Below are positions 57,243 through 64,000 of a DNA stretch of 64,000 bases, one piece after another. The notes under the pieces were generated by a model. That model had not been told where the DNA came from and made no database searches. It was given only the letters and a program-made list of their open reading frames with translations. The number at the start of each line of letters is the position of its first letter. Position 1 is the first letter of the stretch. The position numbers and the translations under genes were made by a program. Origin of the DNA: a phage; NCBI GenBank assembly GCA_021081985.1, contig GCA_021081985.1_3639.1; one strand, given 5' to 3'.

Positions 57243-57741
57243 TCATCTTATCCAGTTTTCGCCACATATCCCACACACCACCATTACCTATTGTGTTTTT
57301 CGATGGAGTCACACAGGCGATAAATTCCAGATCAGTACCTTTATTCATGAGATATTCAGAGAGCAGACCAGAAGCAACAAGTTTTATATTTCCAAGATCT
57401 TCTTCAAGCTCTTTAATACGAGCCTGTGCTTTTTCAATTTCTTCCTTATGTCTTTTGTATTCTTGAAAAGCGTGCCAAGATTGTCCTTTATGAACACTTT
57501 CACAAATGGCCTCTACTTGCTCTTTTGAGAGCACAGTGAGTGGTTGAGATGGGAAAATCATTATTTGTCCACTATCCCAATCGAATCCTGCATGTATAGA
57601 TTGAACATCAACCGAAGGTGTTGCTCCAACAGTACCTGGGGAATGAATAACAATTGTTACTTTAGTGTCTGGATCCTGATATTGTTTCCCACGTAAAGAG
57701 GCTATATGGTTAACCAAGTCTGCGAATTTAGAAAGTTCCAT
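57211..57741 (-). CDS. hypothetical protein
   Basis: 176 aa. Confidence 0.45.
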   Translation of the reverse strand: MELSKFADLVNHIASLRGKQYQDPDTKVTIVIHSPGTVGATPSVDVQSIHAGFDWDSGQIMIFPSQPLTVLSKEQVEAICESVHKGQSWHAFQEYKRHKEEIEKAQARIKELEEDLGNIKLVASGLLSEYLMNKGTDLEFIACVTPSKNTIGNGGVWDMWRKLDKMIGDKDEKSQS

Positions 57742-57995
57742 TATTCTACCTCCCCAACATAGATAAAGTCTTCTTTGAACTGTTTGTATGTTAAACAGTG
57801 CTCTAAATAACCCTCGTTAATTTTAATCAAAGGGTAGTCAGTAATCAAGACATGATTTAAACCAACGGCAGTAACAAGGTATTTCTGCTCTGGATCCCAA
57901 GACAATTTAGACTTGTACAAACAACCTTGTCTAATTTTAAAATCTTCCACACACCCACCCTTCACAGTTGTGATCACGACATCCTTCAAAATCAT
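57741..57995 (-). CDS. hypothetical protein
   Basis: 84 aa. Confidence 0.35.
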   Translation of the reverse strand: MILKDVVITTVKGGCVEDFKIRQGCLYKSKLSWDPEQKYLVTAVGLNHVLITDYPLIKINEGYLEHCLTYKQFKEDFIYVGEVE

Positions 57996-58623
57996 ATGGG
58001 CTGTACTGCCAGGTTATTTTTCCGCAGTGCGGACAATTCCAGCGCACCTTCCCGCTTCGTGACTTCTTCCTTCTGTTTTGCTTTTTCAACCAGTCTGGCA
58101 TGATCAAACCTGCGCCCTGAACCATTGTTCTGCGGTTAAAGTTATTGATATTGAACGTCCGGCGCTTTGCTGCATCAGCAATGGAAAATGGCAACCAAAC
58201 TATTCCTGGTTCGTTTTTGTTGGCGACGCTAAAGATGGTTGCTTTACTGAAGTCATCGGTTGGCAATCCACCGTGTTGAAGCCAGTAAACATCGTTGCCG
58301 TTCCAGCTACCTTTTTTGTAGGCCACATACGCAGTGCAATCTGGCTCAATCAGGCTTTCTGTAGGGATGTACTGGCAATCAACGTGCCACACAGCCATTG
58401 CATCCACGCTATCGGCGCAAACAGGCTGATCGATATCTCGACCACAATTCCAGGCTTTTTGGGCTTCTTCCAGCGTGTAAACATGAGCGCGATCGATATC
58501 AGAACTGTAACCATTGCCGTTATGGCAATGTAATGAGGCGTTATTACCCACAGTTTCACGCAAGCACATCATGTAAAAACGGTTGCTCACTGGTTGCCTC
58601 CGTTGCGAAGCTGTTCCGCACAA
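57937..58623 (-). CDS. hypothetical protein with C-terminal zinc ribbon
   Basis: 228 aa; CPHCG...CRDHNCEGWVC; noticeably higher GC than surrounding genes. Confidence 0.45.
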   Translation of the reverse strand: MCGTASQRRQPVSNRFYMMCLRETVGNNASLHCHNGNGYSSDIDRAHVYTLEEAQKAWNCGRDIDQPVCADSVDAMAVWHVDCQYIPTESLIEPDCTAYVAYKKGSWNGNDVYWLQHGGLPTDDFSKATIFSVANKNEPGIVWLPFSIADAAKRRTFNINNFNRRTMVQGAGLIMPDWLKKQNRRKKSRSGKVRWNCPHCGKITWQYSPYDFEGCRDHNCEGWVCGRF

Positions 58624-59036
58624 TGCCGCAGGGCATCCGTAGCATCTTTAAGCGTAACCATCTCGTCATCATCCAGTCCTGCTCCCCTCGCATTCATGAC
58701 AAACGCTGCGCAAAGGTCGTTAAACACTTCAGCCCGTATTTCAGCCAGAAAAGCATCGGTGGCTGGGGTTTTGATATCATAAATTTCAGGAAGAATCTCT
58801 TCCCATGCAGAGATATCGCCATTCAAATGCCAATCGGCAACCCCACTGGAGTTATCAGCAACATTGTGGACAGCTTTAATTGCCCTGTGCAGCACTATAT
58901 TTTCAGCGACTAGCTCTGCACAACGAGTCGCAAGTTCGGAGATTTTCTTTTTATCATGGTATTTCTCTTCTAAAAGAGTTGCACATTTAGCACCAAGACG
59001 TTTGATTTCATCAATGTGCACCGATTTCTTAGTCAT
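58587..59036 (-). CDS. hypothetical protein
   Basis: 149 aa, higher-GC segment. Confidence 0.45.
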   Translation of the reverse strand: MTKKSVHIDEIKRLGAKCATLLEEKYHDKKKISELATRCAELVAENIVLHRAIKAVHNVADNSSGVADWHLNGDISAWEEILPEIYDIKTPATDAFLAEIRAEVFNDLCAAFVMNARGAGLDDDEMVTLKDATDALRHCAEQLRNGGNQ

Positions 59037-59256
59037 GGCTAATTACCCCTTCCTTCAATAACTCGACATTAGTTTTGAGTTCTGCAATTTGACACATGGC
59101 GTCAATATTTGTGTCTTCTAACTTCTTAATTTCATCAAGAAGTGCCAGCACAAGCTGAGGCGTGACCATAGCACGGTAGTCAGTTATTTCTTGATGAGTA
59201 CCACCATCTCTTGCTATCTCTGCTAACTTACGTAATTCTTGGTAGTCAATTTTCAT
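59029..59256 (-). CDS. hypothetical small protein
   Basis: ORF track 59029..59376 overlaps the upstream gene; internal Met (MKIDYQEL...) taken as start. Confidence 0.3.
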   Translation of the reverse strand: MKIDYQELRKLAEIARDGGTHQEITDYRAMVTPQLVLALLDEIKKLEDTNIDAMCQIAELKTNVELLKEGVISHD

Positions 59257-59632
59257 AACTTGATAAGTCCTGTGTTGTTTTATTGACTGCATTATATGCC
59301 TCTTTGAGCACCCAGTCAACAGCATCTTTCCATGCTCCGGTTTCGACTGGTGGATTCTCACGCTTAACCTGTTCATAGAAGCGCACTGCTTTAATCAATC
59401 CTTCTAAGGTTACAGGTGTGGTGTATAACGCCTGAATTTCGTAGTTTGGTCTGTCGTTACAATCTTCTTTTGTTGGGACATATTTCCAGTCACCAGTCCA
59501 CAGATTTCCCTGTTTTACATAACGATAGCGCCAAGCAACTGGTTGTTGGGTTGCTGCTTTAAGGCTTGGTGACGAAGGTGGAAGCGCAACATTAGTCATT
59601 ACCGAGATGACAGGTTGATAACCATTGCTCAT
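59246..59632 (-). CDS. hypothetical protein
   Basis: 128 aa. Confidence 0.4.
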   Translation of the reverse strand: MSNGYQPVISVMTNVALPPSSPSLKAATQQPVAWRYRYVKQGNLWTGDWKYVPTKEDCNDRPNYEIQALYTTPVTLEGLIKAVRFYEQVKRENPPVETGAWKDAVDWVLKEAYNAVNKTTQDLSSYEN

Positions 59633-59807
59633 TTAAATCTCCTCCTGCCTCATATGCCACTTGTAACCAATACATAAATGTTTCAATAGAAACACAACCA
59701 CAATCCACATCAATCTGGTCATGTTGTTGTTCCAACCACTGCTGAAAACGTGATTTTTGAGTATCAGTCTCTGGTTGTTCTTTTATCATTATCACCCCCA
59801 TCGGCAA
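59592..59807 (-). CDS. hypothetical small protein
   Basis: 71 aa. Confidence 0.3.
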   Translation of the reverse strand: MPMGVIMIKEQPETDTQKSRFQQWLEQQHDQIDVDCGCVSIETFMYWLQVAYEAGGDLNEQWLSTCHLGND

Positions 59808-59871
59808 ACTGAGTACACTGCAAAGGCTACAGCCATTACAACCCCTACCGTTGTGAATGCTTCAGGCCAAG

Positions 59872-60534
59872 TCATTGATTCATCCCCTTCTTTTTGAGCA
59901 TAGCGGCACGACAGGCATTCCAGCCATCAACATAATCAAACGTATTGCTATCGTCTGGCTCGATTTCATCCGGTACTGCCAATGTCGCCTGGGCGGCAAC
60001 ATTGGCAAAGGCTGCACGCAACCCTGTCTTAATCTCCTCTACCTCATCAGCGCCTAGCGATGAATCTGATAGTGCATGATGGAATGCGTATGCCATGTCG
60101 TCGTTTACTGTTATCGGTTCCACTTTCTTTACTGTAAGTGTTGGCGGTACATGATACAACGGGATTACACGACGCGGGTCTGTACCTTTACTTGGTGGGT
60201 ACGGCATTATCCAGCCTAAACCAATCTGATCAACATCCCGCAACTCCTCTTCGTCCGTCCATCCCACCGGTTCTGCTCTCAACTCCACCTGCGCATTAGG
60301 GGAGGTGTAGAGTGGGATTCCTTTCCTCCCACCAGAAAATTCATTGCGAGCGTTATACTCACGACCATCTGCGTCCTCACACATCCATGCTACAGGCTCT
60401 GTTTCCAGCACTGCCAGAGCAATTCGAGCCAGTTCTTGCGCTTCTTCTGCTGGCAGTACAACGTTGCCACCAAGTCCGTATGTTTCACGCCACTGCTTGA
60501 TTGTCAGCAGACGTTCTTTGGTAATAGTGATCAT
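59872..60534 (-). CDS. hypothetical protein
   Basis: 220 aa, higher-GC segment. Confidence 0.45.
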   Translation of the reverse strand: MITITKERLLTIKQWRETYGLGGNVVLPAEEAQELARIALAVLETEPVAWMCEDADGREYNARNEFSGGRKGIPLYTSPNAQVELRAEPVGWTDEEELRDVDQIGLGWIMPYPPSKGTDPRRVIPLYHVPPTLTVKKVEPITVNDDMAYAFHHALSDSSLGADEVEEIKTGLRAAFANVAAQATLAVPDEIEPDDSNTFDYVDGWNACRAAMLKKKGMNQ

Positions 60535-60536
60535 AC

Positions 60537-60797
60537 CTATTTCACCTTAATCTCAACATTTCTCATATCTAGCTCTACGGGGAGTTCTGACTTTCCGGTC
60601 AGTGCTAATGCAAGATTTTCTGGGGTAACAAGGACAGTTATTGTTTTTCCTCTCTCCAGACGAATAGCCATTCTTATCTTGTCATCATCACCTGTGTTAG
60701 GTCGAGTAATTGATATTTGTCCGTTCATATATTTATCCTCTGTTATTAACATGCCAATCCTTAATAAATAGTTATGTGAATGAAAGAAAGCAACCAA
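60537..60797 (-). CDS. hypothetical protein
   Basis: 86 aa. Confidence 0.35.
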   Translation of the reverse strand: MVAFFHSHNYLLRIGMLITEDKYMNGQISITRPNTGDDDKIRMAIRLERGKTITVLVTPENLALALTGKSELPVELDMRNVEIKVK

Positions 60798-60904
60798 AGA
60801 ATTGACTCAATAGCTGCCCAACCAATAACTGCACAAACAACACCAAGAAACAAGAAAAAACCAGTACCGGGCAAATTATTGAACATCCTCACTCCCCCTT
60901 GTTA

Positions 60905-61210
60905 TTAACACACTGTAAAAGCAAGTGGTGAAGTGTACACTTCAATTTTTCCGTTATCAATAGGCCATTCTCCATCTTTGATATAGTCGCTTGTACCATC
61001 GACTCGCTGCTCTGCGATATGGAAAGCACCAATCGGTTTTGCTTCTAATGCATTTAATGCGATCTTGGCAATCTCCAAATCAAGAGATACCGTATCAAAA
61101 ATCTTCTTATACTCATCTCCAGCCTCACCAACACGCTGTTGGAGGTCTTTCAGATGGTCGACATTAGAACGAACATGCTTAAGTAGCTGCTCTTTTGTAA
61201 ATTTTTTCAT
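60905..61210 (-). CDS. hypothetical protein
   Basis: 101 aa. Confidence 0.4.
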   Translation of the reverse strand: MKKFTKEQLLKHVRSNVDHLKDLQQRVGEAGDEYKKIFDTVSLDLEIAKIALNALEAKPIGAFHIAEQRVDGTSDYIKDGEWPIDNGKIEVYTSPLAFTVC

Positions 61211-61218
61211 AAGTCACC

Positions 61219-61482
61219 TTATCCTGCTGTACTTGCCACTACCGAGGGAAATGTAATACTCTCTTCAAACAAAGCGTCAAGGTTTTCAACAGCCATGCAA
61301 AAATCAAATGCCGTCCCAGAGTCAAGCGCCTTAAAAATTTTATCTTCACGGCGTAAATCGTACAGATAAATATGCCTATCCCCTATGGTATAAAAACCTA
61401 TCTTTTTTGGGGATGGGCAACGATCAATGATGCTTTGAAGGTCTTTTAACCACTTCTTTTCTTCTTTTGTCAGTTTTGGCAT
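61219..61482 (-). CDS. hypothetical protein
   Basis: 87 aa. Confidence 0.35.
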   Translation of the reverse strand: MPKLTKEEKKWLKDLQSIIDRCPSPKKIGFYTIGDRHIYLYDLRREDKIFKALDSGTAFDFCMAVENLDALFEESITFPSVVASTAG

Positions 61483-61484
61483 AA

Positions 61485-61976
61485 TTACTCTTCCCTTTTG
61501 AATAATACATCCCGTAATACAGGAACGCTTTTATCCATACTTGCTTTAAATTGTCCACTGTCCGCACTTGCCCATGTATACACAACCATTTTAGCAGCGT
61601 CGCTCAAAGTTTCATACTTATTTCTTAAAGCTCCTTGCTCCTTCTTGAACAAATCTATATTGTCTTGTACCCATTGCAAGCGTTCTTTGTTCTCATGGCA
61701 AGTATTTTTAAACATTTCTCTACTATAAGGACTTGTCTGGTTGAAAGGCAATCTTTTATCTAGCCCCGCCTTTTCGAAATCATCATGCAGCATGTCTAGT
61801 AGGTCATCCATGTAGCCGGACAAATGATTCACATTACACCAATCATATAAATTAGCACACAAACCGCAGTTACGAGAGAAAATATCAGAGTCTGGTGCTC
61901 CTCTTTTTACCCAAGCATCGTAAGAAAGGTAAAAACTTTGTAGTAAGACATGTAGCTTTGTAATATCAAAATTCAT
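61485..61976 (-). CDS. hypothetical protein
   Basis: 163 aa. Confidence 0.45.
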   Translation of the reverse strand: MNFDITKLHVLLQSFYLSYDAWVKRGAPDSDIFSRNCGLCANLYDWCNVNHLSGYMDDLLDMLHDDFEKAGLDKRLPFNQTSPYSREMFKNTCHENKERLQWVQDNIDLFKKEQGALRNKYETLSDAAKMVVYTWASADSGQFKASMDKSVPVLRDVLFKREE

Positions 61977-62434
61977 CGTTCGAAATCTCCATTACGAAGT
62001 TGTTCTGCATAAAGAAGGGCTTGCTTTCCCGCATAGATGATGCTTTCTTCTTGCTCCTGCTCTCCGATACTGATTGTGAGCATACCGTACATATGAACAC
62101 CTTGAGCCATCATCTCTGTGGAGAACTTCTTTGTGGCTTCCAAACCAGGCATCAAAGGTGATTGATCTGCTGGGGTATATGCATCAGAGATATCAGATTG
62201 TTCCCCATCAAAAACATAACAACTCTCACGAATGAACTTCTTTAGGAGTGCATTTTCTGATGCTACGTCAATGAACATACCCTCCAGTTTCTTGTAGTCA
62301 TCGTAAGAAACCATGTCTGTACAGAAGGAACTCCCTTGTACAGGGGGTGATAAATAGTCACTTGGTATTGCATGTATCTTTACATTTCTCATAGAAATTC
62401 TCCACAAAGTGTCAGGTAGTGAAATGATACACAA
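61973..62434 (-). CDS. hypothetical protein
   Basis: 153 aa. Confidence 0.45.
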   Translation of the reverse strand: MCIISLPDTLWRISMRNVKIHAIPSDYLSPPVQGSSFCTDMVSYDDYKKLEGMFIDVASENALLKKFIRESCYVFDGEQSDISDAYTPADQSPLMPGLEATKKFSTEMMAQGVHMYGMLTISIGEQEQEESIIYAGKQALLYAEQLRNGDFER

Positions 62435-62458
62435 ACAGATTGCCTATAGCATGTGTTC

Positions 62459-62830
62459 TTAATTAGCCAATTCAGCATCCAACGACATTATATACTCAGG
62501 TAGCTTTCGGATGTTCTCATACAGCACAATCTCTCCGTGTGTCAATGGCCTGATTTCTTTATCCACACCAACATTATTATGGTAATCCCAATCTGCATCA
62601 ACATGGACGAAGACCTGTGTTCCTCTATTGCCAGCCTTAGCGTCCTTTCTTACGATAATCTCTCCGTCTATTGAAGGTAGGCATCTTTTAAAGAATTTGT
62701 TTAAAAGTTCTTGTTGAATTGCTTCTGCCAAGATCATTTTGTCTTGGCTATCTACGATTCTTTTGATTTCAGAGTCGTTTACTTCAACATCAATAAGTTG
62801 TGTTGTTGTCTGTGTTCCTTTTACTTTCAT
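62459..62830 (-). CDS. hypothetical protein
   Basis: 123 aa. Confidence 0.4.
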   Translation of the reverse strand: MKVKGTQTTTQLIDVEVNDSEIKRIVDSQDKMILAEAIQQELLNKFFKRCLPSIDGEIIVRKDAKAGNRGTQVFVHVDADWDYHNNVGVDKEIRPLTHGEIVLYENIRKLPEYIMSLDAELAN

Positions 62831-62875
62831 GCCACCTCTTCTTTTAAAAAGGTGCTTTTCAGCACCTTACCATTT

Positions 62876-63178
62876 TTAGTGGGAATCTGCCCATGTGTAT
62901 CCACAAAGATATTCTCCTGTAATTAAAACGGGAAGCCCCATTATCTTAGATGCTTTTTCTACACATTTTGTTGCAAGCTCTCCTACTGGGCAATGCAGTA
63001 TCCTGTATTTCCCATACACATCAGGTTCAACAATAACTTTACCTGCTTTCACATAATGCCCGTCGAAACGATGACCTTTTTCAAGCATCATGTCTACATA
63101 GCTTTGTGCAGCCTCTAAGTTAGAATGCTCCGTTATTGATTTAAATCTTTCCGGTACTTGTACCTGTATCTCATCCAT
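62876..63178 (-). CDS. family A DNA polymerase, C-terminal part (motif C to C-terminus)
   Basis: Begins MDEIQV (HDE-like motif C region) and ends GYTWADSH, matching the Pol I C-terminal WxxAH pattern; frame is open upstream of the first ATG. Confidence 0.7.
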   Translation of the reverse strand: MDEIQVQVPERFKSITEHSNLEAAQSYVDMMLEKGHRFDGHYVKAGKVIVEPDVYGKYRILHCPVGELATKCVEKASKIMGLPVLITGEYLCGYTWADSH

Positions 63179-63184
63179 CAGTTC

Positions 63185-63444
63185 AGAGAGTTCGTTACGC
63201 TCTCCCGCACCATTACGTGCATAGCCACAAGATTTCTCCTGTGGGTCGGACTATTTCATCCTCCTAATGTTAAGGAGGCCTCCCGTTTCGACCGCACTTG
63301 CTGGCCTACTCTACTCGCTTTCACATTACTAGTGTGCTTTCGATAGTCTCTGAACGTTCATCCCGTAGGGATGCTTCGCTGCGGATTAGCATATTGAACT
63401 TTTACCACTTTTACGTATAAAAGTCAACTTAGCCTTCCCGTCAA
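63185..63444 (-). mobile_element. putative ORF-less group I intron in DNA polymerase gene
   Basis: About 260 nt non-coding insert between the motif B and motif C exons; contains a 38-nt core (63351-63388) nearly identical to the terminase intron. Boundaries approximate. Confidence 0.5.
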
Positions 63445-63978
63445 TTAAAGAGGTTTTCGACATGCATTACTGCATGAAGCCACAATTTGTTTATGGTAGT
63501 AGATAACCCTCCTGACACCTTGGTCGTACCATCCCCGTTTTACCAATTCCCAATGGAACAGGACTCCCATGAGGTCAAACAATGAAGCACCACCGTTTTG
63601 TTGGTAAGCATTCAGCAGAGAATGTTTAGAACGAGTCCAAATTTTACGCCCGTCCATGCCTGGAATATAGCGTCTGCCATTTGCCTCCCAGAATTTTTCC
63701 AACCACTCTCTACGCATTTTCAACCCGAAGTTACTATCCCAGAATGCGTCTATTACAGCCTGTGCTCTATTAAGGGGGATACCCAGCATTGCGGCTATCT
63801 TAGGAGCTTGTGCTCCATACATAATTCCATACGTAACCCCCTTTCCTCCAGAGCGTGTTACCTCCTTTCCTGCTGCTATTGTGTATGCTCTTGCGTTTCG
63901 TTCATGGGCATCCTCTTCCATCATGATACGTAAATACTCACCACCGTCAAACTCAAAAGCCCCTGCCGCTGCAATCAT
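63445..63978 (-). CDS. family A DNA polymerase, upstream part containing motif B (ORF-track fragment; N-terminal region beyond first ATG and window edge not assessed)
   Basis: TRSGGKGVTYGIMYGAQAPK matches Pol A motif B (R..K..YG..YG). Confidence 0.7.
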   Translation of the reverse strand: MIAAAGAFEFDGGEYLRIMMEEDAHERNARAYTIAAGKEVTRSGGKGVTYGIMYGAQAPKIAAMLGIPLNRAQAVIDAFWDSNFGLKMRREWLEKFWEANGRRYIPGMDGRKIWTRSKHSLLNAYQQNGGASLFDLMGVLFHWELVKRGWYDQGVRRVIYYHKQIVASCSNACRKPL

Positions 63979-64000
63979 ACCTTCTAAGTTAGATCCATCA

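Noticed and set aside
1-64000. T5-like (Demerecviridae) identity suggested by the tRNA island, NAMPT-like gene and HNH endonucleases
   Set aside because: The head module is lambda-like (scaffold, decoration, E-like capsid) and the tail module looks contractile with a Mu/PBSX-like baseplate, which does not fit a T5 layout; left as an unclassified large caudovirus

Overview
This 64 kb window reads as a segment of a large tailed-phage (caudovirus) genome, moderately AT-rich, with four blocks. (1) 1-5300, minus strand: a nucleic-acid repair cluster (ATP-dependent ligase, Sir2-like protein, small P-loop kinase, ligase-family nucleotidyltransferase, calcineurin-like phosphoesterase). (2) 5300-18540, plus strand, starting from an AT-rich repeat-laden control region: a PRPP-synthetase-like plus nicotinamide-phosphoribosyltransferase-like pair, then a tRNA island (19 tRNA or tRNA-like genes called by eye) interleaved with small ORFs and consensus sigma70-like promoters, then a nucleotidyltransferase-like protein and a spanin pair. 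(3) 18600-53800, plus strand: the late morphogenetic module. The large terminase gene carries an intein in its P-loop and is interrupted by a putative group I intron encoding an HNH endonuclease; then portal, scaffold, decoration-like and lambda-E-like major capsid genes, and a contractile-tail/baseplate module (sheath, tube, tape measure, V/J-like baseplate, several fibers). A lipoprotein gene sits on the opposite strand inside it. (4) 53800-64000, minus strand: small early genes ending in a family A DNA polymerase gene interrupted by a second putative intron that shares a 38-nt core with the terminase intron. The most interesting candidate is a composite counter-defence island (NAD+ reconstitution, RNA repair, tRNA supply, non-canonical tRNA-like RNAs, a Sir2 and an NTase of unknown role). 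All calls rest on reading the sequence and ORF translations by eye and on motif recall; no searches or folding programs were run, and tRNA coordinates may be off by a few nucleotides.
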